Source: a virus (lineage: Duplodnaviria; Caudoviricetes). From it: a DNA stretch of 32,567 bases. Shown here in pieces: positions 16,172 through 25,769 of the stretch. The notes under the pieces were generated by a model, which ran no database searches, had not been told where the DNA came from, and was given only the letters and a program-made list of their open reading frames with translations. Location: the IMG/VR virus record IMGVR_UViG_3300045006_000216, positions 1 to 32,567 of that record, one strand, 5' to 3'. Positions within the stretch are counted from its first letter, which is position 1. Each line of letters opens with the position of its first letter. The position numbers and the translations under genes were made by a program.

Positions 16172-19100
16172 TACTGGAACCTGAACGTAAGCCCATACAG
16201 AATTGGGGAGAAGAAGTTGGATAGACTAGTCATGTCCTCTTCGGCAGTGCTACATGCCCACATGACTTTCACCAGACCATTGATCGGCGACAAAGACTCC
16301 GTAGGCACAGTGACAATATTCTTTCCCTCATCCAGAGTCCATCCCTCTACCACCAAGCCAATATCATATCCCATCTTGTAGCTGGCAGCCTTATAGGAGA
16401 TGGGTACTCCACTGGAGATCGGCTCTGAGGTGTAGAGATGCCCTCGCTCATAGTCAACCGAGAACTTGTTCGAGGAGTCGTAGTCGGGATCTCTATAGGA
16501 GTACTGGACTTGAATGTCCGCCGGAAGAGTACCTCCCACCCCTACATAGACCGCTACATCCCCGGTCGCAGGATCTATGTAGTACCTGCCTGCTACCGTT
16601 ACACCAGCCAGACTACCCATCAAAGTGGCAAAGTAAGTAGTATCCGAAAACACGGCATTGTACTTGCTATACCAAGCGGCTCCTGCCGAGAGCTTGAAGT
16701 TGGCTCTCCCGAAGGCATCAGCAGCAGTTTCAGAGGTATACTCCTCGTTCATCTGCTTGAGGCCCAGGAACTCAGAGTGTCCATCCACGAACTCTAGTTC
16801 TTCTGGAGGTGTGTGATCGGAGGTGTATCCCATCAACTCTGGGCCGACAGACACTGTACCCTTTACGACATAGGTATAGCTAAGGGTTTGACCATAGGTG
16901 CTGGTGGACAGGGTATCGGTGCGGGTCTCCATAGTTCCCGAGACGACGTTGAGTCGCTTTTTCAGGGTACCCTTAGCTGTGTCTGTCTGTTCGTGTAGCT
17001 GCAGGGCATCCCTGGAGATCCTGACACCCACTGGAACAGCCCCATCGAAGACTACCTCAATATCCGAACGCCTTACCTTGCTGGGAGTCGAATGTGGGAA
17101 GATGGCCCGAGTGGCGTCAGGGAGAGCGGTCTTCAGGTAGAGGATTCCGCTTACGGGATCCAGGTAGTAGTCAGTATCCAGGACCAGGGAGGCACGGTCT
17201 GCTACTGCCGTGTAGGTAGTTCCGAGCTCTGTGGTGATACTGAAGTTGTCTTCGTCCAGGTACTTATATCCCAGCGGAATTACGGTACGTCCTCTGGGCA
17301 ATGGGGTGCTTACTCTGAGAGGGATGGCAGGAAGATGATGTATGGTGATGGTTTCTGGTGTGGGATCGAAGGCTTCCTTCAGGAAGCAGTAGTAGCCGTC
17401 ACTTCTCTCTTCGAGGAGCATCATTTCTTCCTTGGCACCCACTTTCACAGAAGCCTTTTCTGGGAGGTGGTAGTCAAAGGAGATGCTTTCCTGGTCATTG
17501 GCAAGGAAGTAGAACCCCTCATCAAGAGCCGACTCATCATCTACTGGAGTCCATTCCTCCCCGTTTACGTAGACAACCAGCTCATCAGGCTCGATTCCAA
17601 GACTTGGCAAGGAAGCAGGCAGCCTGAAGATCATTCCAGCATCTGTACCGGTTCCGATCCTGAGAGCATGTTGTTTGTCTGCAAGCCGCCTCATGACCTT
17701 GGGCTGGATTACGTGGACCTCTCCATTCAGAGGTTTGGAGGGCAGGGCAATGGAGAGAGGGGAATGAGTCGGCAGGGCAGTTCGCAGGATCGAGTCTACC
17801 GAGAAGCTCAGAGCTTCTCCGGTCAGAGAGCTTACAGAGCTGAAGGCAGAGTCCTTCCTCTCCAGACTAAGGTTCCACAGGAGTTCTGTAGAGTTGTCCC
17901 TTACGAGAGACAGTGGGCCTACGTCCTGTGGCAGTTCAAGCAGATCGTTAGACCAGGTATTTCCAGAGTCTGTTGAGGCCCCAACCCCTACGGCGCAGAG
18001 AATCTCATTCTTGGGGAAGATATCTGCCTGACAGGAGAAGGCATACAGGTTACTGGGAAGCCCAACTGCCTTACTGGATAGTGAACCACTCTTGGCATAC
18101 CGGCACTGCAAGACCCCCAACCCCTTCAGACCAATGGCATACCTGTGCCTCTTGGAGCTGGCAAGGTCCCGATTAAAGACATCGATCAGGTAGTAGTCCT
18201 TCTGCTGGAGCCTGATAGAGATACTTGTACAGGTTACTGGGAGGAAGGACACCGTCCAGCAACTGTCATTTCCAGAAGACTTGATGATGAAGAAGTCGTC
18301 GGGAACGACCTGGCGCAAGGTCTCTCTCAGAGAGACTGTTTCCTTCCCCGACCTGTTGAAGAAGATATCCACAACCTCATACTGGTAACCAGTACTCAAA
18401 GAGGCAGGCCAGATGGTCAGGGCATTGACGACAGCCTCTGAAACCAATGTGATCTTCAGGTTCAGGTAGAGAGGCCCTGAATCCAATTTCTCGTACTCAA
18501 ACCAGGTGGCAGGATCGTTGTCCAGTAGAAACCTGATCTGGTTGTTGTTGGTCTGTACTACCAGATCAGAGTTGCCTGGAACCCCATTGCTTCCCTTATC
18601 GATCTTGAGGGAGGCAATCCGGAGCTCTGCCCTGGAGAGTACAGGAAGGGTGCAGACCCCCTGAACCGTGTCAATACTGCAGGCCACCTGACCTGACTTC
18701 TTGGAGTCAATTCCGTCCAGGTTCAGGAAACTCTCAGTGAAGGCCCACTTACACTCTTCTTTATTCCAGAACTTGAGAGCAGCTCTCTTCTGTCGGATCC
18801 TCCGAAGGGCACCATAGGCAGCCAGGAGAGCTGTCTGCTGGAGGTTGAAGTAGTCGATATACTGCTGGATGATCGACTTCAGTCTGGCAGCTGTTACCTC
18901 GAGTCGGTACAGGTTCATGTACTGCTCAGTATCTATGTCGTCCTTGTCGAGGATATCTACCCAGGAAAGCTCTCTATACTCGTAGGTAGAGTCCAGTACC
19001 TGTTCCAGGATTCCCAGGATCTCCGTTTCGATCCGGTTCCTTTCCTCCTCTGTTTCAGCATCTCGCCAGGGGCCACTGACCAGGGCATTCCCCTCCATCA

Positions 19101-19173
19101 GATCCTCAATGATCTTCTTCAAGGCATTTACCCTGTGAAGATAACTCAGATCTGTGGCAGTGTTAGCGGACAT
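16171..19173 (-). CDS. virion structural protein (1000 aa), paralogue 2
   Basis: Helical N-terminus; discoidin-like LLDNDPATWFE; several YYxDxxxGxxY baseplate/tail modules; operon context. Confidence 0.65.
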   Translation of the reverse strand: MSANTATDLSYLHRVNALKKIIEDLMEGNALVSGPWRDAETEEERNRIETEILGILEQVLDSTYEYRELSWVDILDKDDIDTEQYMNLYRLEVTAARLKSIIQQYIDYFNLQQTALLAAYGALRRIRQKRAALKFWNKEECKWAFTESFLNLDGIDSKKSGQVACSIDTVQGVCTLPVLSRAELRIASLKIDKGSNGVPGNSDLVVQTNNNQIRFLLDNDPATWFEYEKLDSGPLYLNLKITLVSEAVVNALTIWPASLSTGYQYEVVDIFFNRSGKETVSLRETLRQVVPDDFFIIKSSGNDSCWTVSFLPVTCTSISIRLQQKDYYLIDVFNRDLASSKRHRYAIGLKGLGVLQCRYAKSGSLSSKAVGLPSNLYAFSCQADIFPKNEILCAVGVGASTDSGNTWSNDLLELPQDVGPLSLVRDNSTELLWNLSLERKDSAFSSVSSLTGEALSFSVDSILRTALPTHSPLSIALPSKPLNGEVHVIQPKVMRRLADKQHALRIGTGTDAGMIFRLPASLPSLGIEPDELVVYVNGEEWTPVDDESALDEGFYFLANDQESISFDYHLPEKASVKVGAKEEMMLLEERSDGYYCFLKEAFDPTPETITIHHLPAIPLRVSTPLPRGRTVIPLGYKYLDEDNFSITTELGTTYTAVADRASLVLDTDYYLDPVSGILYLKTALPDATRAIFPHSTPSKVRRSDIEVVFDGAVPVGVRISRDALQLHEQTDTAKGTLKKRLNVVSGTMETRTDTLSTSTYGQTLSYTYVVKGTVSVGPELMGYTSDHTPPEELEFVDGHSEFLGLKQMNEEYTSETAADAFGRANFKLSAGAAWYSKYNAVFSDTTYFATLMGSLAGVTVAGRYYIDPATGDVAVYVGVGGTLPADIQVQYSYRDPDYDSSNKFSVDYERGHLYTSEPISSGVPISYKAASYKMGYDIGLVVEGWTLDEGKNIVTVPTESLSPINGLVKVMWACSTAEEDMTSLSNFFSPILYGLTFRFQ

Positions 19174-21409
19174 GAGTCAAAATCCTCGGCCTTGCCAGCT
19201 TTACAAATCTCTTGATTCTGGGTGTTTTCCTGGTATTCTTGCGCTCCCTCTCTTGTATCAGCAACCTGTATGCCCTGACAATCGTGGTCAGGTAAGGATT
19301 GACAGCATTGGTTCTGAAGACCAGGACAGTAGAGAAAGTGCCGGCGCAGTCGGCATATTCTGTACCGAAAAGCACCCTACCATTCCGCAGACCAACTCTT
19401 CCTCCCTGAACGAGCTTCTGATCCTTCAGAACCCGGTATCTGGTCCAGTAGATGCAGTCTTTCCTGTCGATATTCGTTTCCCACTGATCGAACTTGATCC
19501 AGAAGGTACCGGCAATAGCTCTCTCATACAGAGCTGACCACGACCCATCTACAGGCCACTCACTGAGCCACGTAACCTTGTCATCTAGACTGATCTGATA
19601 GTCTGTGCCCAGACTGAGTAGCGTGGCGTTCTCAAATACCTGGATCGGAGCATCATACTCTGTGTCATAGACACAGATGCTCATGTCCTCGAGCCCATCC
19701 AGCTCTACAACCCCAAACTGAGATCCCTTGATCTGGAAGACTGTCTCTGACACTGCAGTGTCAATCGTGTAGATGCCCCCCAGACCAGTGCTCTCAGGAG
19801 CAATGATCCCGATCTCACTTCCTGCCCCGAACCCATGAGCCTCTTCAAAGGAGAATTCGTACACCTGCTCTGTCCAGACAATACTGTTCTTGCCAACCGG
19901 CTTGGTATGAACTACCTCGATCAGCTCTATCCCCTTTACACAGTTCCGGGTGACGGTCCAGCGACAATCAGGAAAGAGCTTCACTCGCGCCTCTGTACCC
20001 AGAGGAGCCAGAAACTCAACCTGCATGGGATAGGAGTCAGGTACAGGAATAAGAGCGTTCAGCCTTTCATTCCCATCCCTGTCCCTCAACAGGGCCCCAA
20101 CATATCCCTCAACAATTACCTCGTCATCAGGCAGGATATAGGTGTTGTTATAGGCATCAAAATACTCGACCGGGGTGATAGCCTCAGCTTCCTTTCTCAG
20201 ATCGAGTCCCAATGGGGAATCAACAGCCACTGGGTGCCCTCTGAAGATACCCTTGTTCTGGTACTCAACGAACCCCAGGGCAAGCCCCTTCATAGAGAAG
20301 TCATATAGCCGTCCCTGGATCTCTTCTGAGGTAGTGGGCAGTCTGACGGAGAGGCCAGCAGAGGTCAGCACTTCGTTTACAAGGCGAGTCTCTCTGTCCT
20401 CAATGTCAAGGCTGGTCTTGGAAACAGGAGCTCTCTGCTCGAACTTGATCTTCACGTACTTTGCCAGGGCTGGCTGGAACAGGAACCTGGACAGAGTCTC
20501 TGAGGAGATGTCCATGGTAGTGAATTCCAGTTCCTCCCCGGCCTCAGTGATGACGGAGATACTCCTGACCATTAGGGTTGAGCAGCCTAGAGGCTCGATA
20601 CACAGGTAGTTCACAATAGCTGGGGAGGCCAGCTCCAACTGGATGGTACAGGTAGCCACGCAGTTGTGGGGGTAGGTATCGAAGGAGGTCTTCTGTTTGT
20701 AGAGGCGAGAGCTGGTGTCATATTCTCGTCTCTGGATGATGTACCGGAAGACCTTGTCGGGGAGGAAGATGTTCCTTGCAGGGGAACAGAGGAGAGGTAC
20801 AAGGGAATCTCCCACATCGGCAGACTCGTCGATCACCACTGCATCTGCTAGAGGCACATCAATAATGCTCTTGATGGGAAGGGTAATGCCGGCTAGTGGA
20901 TAGATATTGGCCAGGTACTTCTCTCGATAGGAAAGCCCTGTCTTGAAGTCAGAAAGCCAATTCCTGTCCTCGTACTGAAGCTGGGCATCAATGTCTCTGC
21001 AGGAGGCATTGACGTGTACCTTGGAATACCGAGTCTTCTTCTTGATTTCTTCCTCACTGATCTCAGCAGCAGCAGCTACAATCTCCCTCTGAAGGGAATG
21101 CAGGGAGGCAAAGGCACTCCTGCTCCCAGACTCTACGGCTTCCTCAAGCTTCTTGAGCTTGGCGTTCAGGGAGCCAATGGTGAACTTCATGTTCTTCAGG
21201 TATTCGGCTCTGGCAATGGAGCTGGTGGGTATCAGCCCTGAAACCCTGGGAGGAATGGCTATCTCGGGGCTTTGTTTCAGGTAGAGCAGGGCCCTCTTGT
21301 CGGCGTCAGTTCCCGAGATATCCCTGTATCTGTAGTCGCGGATACGTCTCCCTGCTACCTTCAGGAGTTCGCTTGTGAAGTCGATAGAGTCCTTGTAGCG
21401 GGGAAGCAC
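19163..21409 (-). CDS. virion structural protein (748 aa), paralogue 1
   Basis: GTG start with a GGAG RBS; N-terminal coiled coil, beta-sandwich core and an HGFGAG...GIYTI...F module. Confidence 0.65.
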   Translation of the reverse strand: MLPRYKDSIDFTSELLKVAGRRIRDYRYRDISGTDADKRALLYLKQSPEIAIPPRVSGLIPTSSIARAEYLKNMKFTIGSLNAKLKKLEEAVESGSRSAFASLHSLQREIVAAAAEISEEEIKKKTRYSKVHVNASCRDIDAQLQYEDRNWLSDFKTGLSYREKYLANIYPLAGITLPIKSIIDVPLADAVVIDESADVGDSLVPLLCSPARNIFLPDKVFRYIIQRREYDTSSRLYKQKTSFDTYPHNCVATCTIQLELASPAIVNYLCIEPLGCSTLMVRSISVITEAGEELEFTTMDISSETLSRFLFQPALAKYVKIKFEQRAPVSKTSLDIEDRETRLVNEVLTSAGLSVRLPTTSEEIQGRLYDFSMKGLALGFVEYQNKGIFRGHPVAVDSPLGLDLRKEAEAITPVEYFDAYNNTYILPDDEVIVEGYVGALLRDRDGNERLNALIPVPDSYPMQVEFLAPLGTEARVKLFPDCRWTVTRNCVKGIELIEVVHTKPVGKNSIVWTEQVYEFSFEEAHGFGAGSEIGIIAPESTGLGGIYTIDTAVSETVFQIKGSQFGVVELDGLEDMSICVYDTEYDAPIQVFENATLLSLGTDYQISLDDKVTWLSEWPVDGSWSALYERAIAGTFWIKFDQWETNIDRKDCIYWTRYRVLKDQKLVQGGRVGLRNGRVLFGTEYADCAGTFSTVLVFRTNAVNPYLTTIVRAYRLLIQERERKNTRKTPRIKRFVKLARPRILTHVR

Positions 21410-21412
21410 CTG

Positions 21413-21877
21413 CTACTCCACATTGATGTTGATGAAGAGCCGCCTTGAGAACATGCCTGGAGGCACTTCAAGGTTCAGATAGACAGTCAGGGAAGAGCCT
21501 GCTGGGATGTCTCCTACAGAGATCCTGTTTGAGTACATGGAGCCAACAGACCTTGTTACATAGTCATTGATCGGGTTCCCCTGCAGAGTGGTCCCCGTGA
21601 CCACTAACCCTCCCCGTGGAGTCGTACCCTCTACTGTGTCGGTTCCCCACTCCAGTAGGTCCTGATAGTCGGTTGCAGGAGGAAAGTCTGCCGGGTTATC
21701 CACGTCGCCAACATCACTTGCTGTAGAGACGTACAGCCCCAGGTCAGTCAGCTCTGTAGTCCCCAGGTTATTGAGTACGATGGGGTACGGACCAGTCGAA
21801 ATAAACCCACCCTCCAGTTTGAGAGGATCGTAGATCGTCTCGAGGGTTGTCCCATCAAGGAAACGGAGGGAACTCAT
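21413..21877 (-). CDS. small beta-rich virion protein (154 aa)
   Basis: Ig-like features (LNNLGTTELTDL...VGDIPAGSSLTVYLNLEVP); coupled to the upstream gene by TAATG. Confidence 0.65.
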   Translation of the reverse strand: MSSLRFLDGTTLETIYDPLKLEGGFISTGPYPIVLNNLGTTELTDLGLYVSTASDVGDVDNPADFPPATDYQDLLEWGTDTVEGTTPRGGLVVTGTTLQGNPINDYVTRSVGSMYSNRISVGDIPAGSSLTVYLNLEVPPGMFSRRLFININVE

Positions 21878-23964
21878 TACTTGATCCTCACTGCAATCAT
21901 GGAACTGGCAGGATACTCAATGTCCTGCTCAGTAATACTCACATAATAGTAATAAGTGTTGCCACTCACTACATCAGTATCCGTGTACAAGATCGTCCCC
22001 TCTGGGGGATTGCTGAAGGTGGTAATCACCTCACCCTCTCCGCCCTCACTCTCTCTCCTGTAGAGAGTGTAGAGAAGATCCTCTCCCTCCCAGGTAATGG
22101 AGATGTTGACCTCTCCTGTCGTTATAGACTGACAGCTGACACCAGCCTTTCTGTACACATAGTTGATGACGGCACTGGTAGCAGCCGGAAGGTTCGTCTC
22201 TAGAAGCTCCCGGACCTCTGCCTCTGACAACACCCCACCATAGTCCTTCAGAACCGTAACAGGCACATCAAGAACTACCGATCCATTTGTCGGTATCGAG
22301 GCCCCGGTCTCCCCATATCCAAGACACGATTGAGGAATTCTAGGGTTCCGGAGAGCAGCTTCAGAGTACTCTCCCTCCTTGATGACAGCTCCTCTCTCGC
22401 GCACATCGACAATCTCTGCATCTTCCTGATAGACACGGTTTTGCAAGCTGACTTCAGCCAGGATGTAATACGCATGATCGTTACTCTCGTTGACTGTGTA
22501 CTCTTTAACAAAGGTATCCAATGAGGATGTCGATCTGAACATCTTCCCGATGACAGTGCCCGAGTTATAACTACCATCAGCATTGGTGAGCTGCAGATTG
22601 GGGTAGTTCTCACCTATGGACTGGGAGCAGTAGACAATCTTCCCATCTCTGTCTACTCCCAAGACGTGGATAGCCTTGTCGTCCTCGTCTACATCCGGGA
22701 TCATGTAGAAGACCCAGAGCAGACTCTCCACTCCTGGGGTCTGTAGAGGGTTCAGGGAGAAGGAGGAGTAGGTGTAATCCCGGGCTTCCTTGTAGTAAGA
22801 GGCATAGAACTTGTACCGGGGGTCCAGGTCAACTCCCACAGACACAAACCCTCCCTGGTTGTCCCAGGAAGTGATCTTGTCAGCCTCATAAAAGACATCT
22901 GTGTCGGAGTACCTCGTTCCCTCAAGCTCATCATCGGTGGTAAGCACCCGAACCAGCACACCGTTCTCGTCCAGAAGGTATAGAGTCAAGTGCATGCTTG
23001 CTGACGGTGCAACTGCCATCTTCTCACAAGTGAAGCAGAAAACGTTCCTGTTCACCCACACAACATTGTCATAGTGACTGTAGATATACGGCTTGTAAGG
23101 GAAGAAGGGCTGGGCATCTGCTTCTGGCAGCCAGTACCTGCGAAGCCTATTGTTCACATAGGCTGAAAACTCTCCATTCGTAAACCGGATACACCAGCTG
23201 TCCTCTGGTGTCCTCCCAGAAGGCATCAGGGCCTTGACAGAACAAGCCTCAAGCGGCCTTGTATACCAGGTCTCAGCACTGTTCATGTAGAAGGTATACC
23301 CCGAACTGTTCTTCTCCCTGGTATAGAGAGGGTAACCTGTCTTCAGAGCTCCTGTATCTGGGTCTACATCCTCCCAGTCAGCCTCCGTAGCTGCTGGCTC
23401 TGGATCCAGAAGTGCAGTAGTAGGGTTGCCGGCACTATCTGCTGAGACCACGAAATGTAGCCTGTAGGCTCCTGTGACAGGATCGTAGTGGTTCTTGTAG
23501 TTGGTGAACAAGAAACCAGCATCCAGATCTGTGAGATAGCCGTGTTCAGCATCTACAGCAGCTCCATCACTCACAATCTCCAGATGGGCCTCCACAGTGT
23601 CAGCAGGAAGCTGGTGCCTGTAGAAGAGCGGCTTGGGCAGACCAGCCAGGTCTGTCCCGAGCCGGTTCGTAATGCACACCTCCTTGAACGGAGAGGTAAA
23701 GGAACCTGACTTTACCTCTGACCAGACAAGCTCTGATCCCACAAACTCAATGTGGTTGGCTGGGATGGAGTAGGTGCGATCTACCAGATGGAGATTCCTG
23801 ACAGAATCGAGCTCGTCAGCTCCGAAGTAGTAGAGAGCAATAGTATCCGATGTAATGTTGGTCCGGTACCGGAAATGCTCCACGTACTTGTGCACATGTG
23901 CAGCAATAGGTAGGTAATCTACCTTCTGCTCACCATTTGCTATAAGCTCAAGAGTGAAGCCCAT
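21877..23964 (-). CDS. virion structural protein (695 aa) with C-terminal fibronectin type III-like domain
   Basis: The C-terminus VNISITWEG...YTLYRR...YTDTDVVSGNTYYYYVS is an FN3-type signature. Confidence 0.7.
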   Translation of the reverse strand: MGFTLELIANGEQKVDYLPIAAHVHKYVEHFRYRTNITSDTIALYYFGADELDSVRNLHLVDRTYSIPANHIEFVGSELVWSEVKSGSFTSPFKEVCITNRLGTDLAGLPKPLFYRHQLPADTVEAHLEIVSDGAAVDAEHGYLTDLDAGFLFTNYKNHYDPVTGAYRLHFVVSADSAGNPTTALLDPEPAATEADWEDVDPDTGALKTGYPLYTREKNSSGYTFYMNSAETWYTRPLEACSVKALMPSGRTPEDSWCIRFTNGEFSAYVNNRLRRYWLPEADAQPFFPYKPYIYSHYDNVVWVNRNVFCFTCEKMAVAPSASMHLTLYLLDENGVLVRVLTTDDELEGTRYSDTDVFYEADKITSWDNQGGFVSVGVDLDPRYKFYASYYKEARDYTYSSFSLNPLQTPGVESLLWVFYMIPDVDEDDKAIHVLGVDRDGKIVYCSQSIGENYPNLQLTNADGSYNSGTVIGKMFRSTSSLDTFVKEYTVNESNDHAYYILAEVSLQNRVYQEDAEIVDVRERGAVIKEGEYSEAALRNPRIPQSCLGYGETGASIPTNGSVVLDVPVTVLKDYGGVLSEAEVRELLETNLPAATSAVINYVYRKAGVSCQSITTGEVNISITWEGEDLLYTLYRRESEGGEGEVITTFSNPPEGTILYTDTDVVSGNTYYYYVSITEQDIEYPASSMIAVRIK

Positions 23965-25766
23965 TAGAAGTCCGTATAGATCACAACATACTGGAAGGTG
24001 TAATCGTTAGCCGGGTTCCAGGCAGAGTTGACGAAACCAGGCCCTGTAGCAGCCGACAGATCCAGTCGGTAGGTATGGAGGTTGACGTATACCTCACTGA
24101 GCCCCGCATTAGTGCCTATCACCAGACTGAACGGATAGGCCCCTCCTGTGTCGGGAGTGATCCTAAAGAGGCCAACGCATGCCCACGCCATTACTGCAAT
24201 TGGCTGGTGGCCGTCTATGTCTGGCAGAGAAACCACCTGCCAGGTATCGAAGGCCCAGACACCTCCTGAGAGAGTAAAGGTACCTGCATAGAACTTGAAT
24301 GCGTTACCCGCGTAGTCTGTACCTGCATAGAGTCCGTCATCTAGATACACCGGGCCATTCGTGAAGCGAGTACGACTGCTTGGAAAACTCTGATTCTGGA
24401 AGGTCCAAATAGCTCCATTCTTCCAGATCCGTGCTGAGACCATTGGGTTGTCAGGGTTCCCGAATACGATCCCATAGGTCTGATCGTACTGTGGGCTAGG
24501 GGAACTGAACCCTTGTCCTGGGTCCTTTCCCTGGAGGACGAAGGCCAGCCATCCTCTCATGGCGTTCTGATCGCAGATGCTTTCGTCCACCCCACTGACC
24601 CAGCCATCTCTATGCAGGTACTGGGCAAACGGGTTATTGGGATTCTCTGAGGGGCAGAACTGGCCACTGGACCCTGGGTTTCTGTAGAGGTCGGCAAGGT
24701 CGAAGGCACTGACAGGAGCCTCTCCGAACCTGCGACTATGAGAGTGGTGGAAGAACTTCCTTCTCAGGTCGTCAACTGAGTAGGTGATATTTGTTCCCAC
24801 AGTGAAGACGCTGAAGGTAGTCCCGCTATAGTCTCCCAGGTCTACATTCTGTACACTGAAGCTGCTAGAAGACTCGTAGATATAGACGGCGTCTGTATAG
24901 ACCTCGCCAGTGTCATCATCTCGCAGGTAGAGAAATCCCTCTGGGATGGTCTCTCCTGCTACCAGGTTATCGGTCAGACAGTGAGGAAGAGTGAGCTGTC
25001 TTCCAGCGTTGAAGTCCTCTCCTGTGGCCAAGAGAGAGTCTGACAGGTCGTAGTCGATCTGCTGGTGAGTAATAGTAGGGAGGGTAATGGTGTAGAGACC
25101 ATCAGCATCAGGCCCAGTGACGAGGATCTTTTGAGCAGAGCTGTTGGAGATCTGGTTGGAGTCCGGGATGACATTGAAGTTGGCATCCGGGTAATTGGGT
25201 CCACCCAGGAACTTCTTGGGATTTACAATGTAATTGACTGTAGAGCCTACATCGGTGGGGAGTACTGTATAGACCTTGCCAGCGTCATCAATGTAATAGT
25301 CCCCGTCTGCCTGCATGAGCTCTGGAGACGCCTTCTTTGAAGCGAAGACCACAGCATCACTGAAGTTGAAACTGGCTCCTGTAGGCTTGTAGCGCAGGGT
25401 GAATTCGTAGACGGAGTCCGGGATAACCTCTCCCTGGACTGTAGTGTTCAGACTCAGCATCTCTGGGTTCAGAGCTGAGGCAGGACCTACCAGTCTGGCA
25501 AGGTTAGCGATATCCAGTCTGCGCTCTTCAGCTCCAGCAGCAGCTTCTCCATCGAGAATCCGTTTACCCCAAGCGTCTGTGAGGTGGGTACCCGAGGCGT
25601 CAGAGTAAGGCCAGGATTCGTCATGGATATCCCCCGAGGCTTTCTCCAGGTTCTGGAACCCTCTATTGGACTGGGTACCAAGAGAGTTCAACTTGGCTGC
25701 TGGGGGCTGTTCTCCGTCCACGAATGACGGGATTACCCCGATGGAGGAACGAAGTTTGTCGCCCAT
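23964..25766 (-). CDS. tail fibre / receptor-binding-like protein (600 aa)
   Basis: N-terminal FVDGEQPPAAKLN anchor-like motif, a GDYYID module, HSH and QYL motifs, and a beta-rich C-terminal domain. Confidence 0.55.
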   Translation of the reverse strand: MGDKLRSSIGVIPSFVDGEQPPAAKLNSLGTQSNRGFQNLEKASGDIHDESWPYSDASGTHLTDAWGKRILDGEAAAGAEERRLDIANLARLVGPASALNPEMLSLNTTVQGEVIPDSVYEFTLRYKPTGASFNFSDAVVFASKKASPELMQADGDYYIDDAGKVYTVLPTDVGSTVNYIVNPKKFLGGPNYPDANFNVIPDSNQISNSSAQKILVTGPDADGLYTITLPTITHQQIDYDLSDSLLATGEDFNAGRQLTLPHCLTDNLVAGETIPEGFLYLRDDDTGEVYTDAVYIYESSSSFSVQNVDLGDYSGTTFSVFTVGTNITYSVDDLRRKFFHHSHSRRFGEAPVSAFDLADLYRNPGSSGQFCPSENPNNPFAQYLHRDGWVSGVDESICDQNAMRGWLAFVLQGKDPGQGFSSPSPQYDQTYGIVFGNPDNPMVSARIWKNGAIWTFQNQSFPSSRTRFTNGPVYLDDGLYAGTDYAGNAFKFYAGTFTLSGGVWAFDTWQVVSLPDIDGHQPIAVMAWACVGLFRITPDTGGAYPFSLVIGTNAGLSEVYVNLHTYRLDLSAATGPGFVNSAWNPANDYTFQYVVIYTDF

Positions 25767-25769
25767 TTG

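Noticed and set aside
17092-17976. 294-aa plus-strand ORF (also 14804-15529, 9403-10020, 19835-20308 and similar)
   Set aside because: These lie fully antisense to well-supported genes and have no recognisable motifs; they are shadow ORFs expected from codon bias.
12420-25766. Diversity-generating retroelement or invertible tail-fibre cassette
   Set aside because: No reverse transcriptase, invertase or duplicated TR/VR-like segment was seen by eye. A self dot-plot would be needed to exclude it fully.
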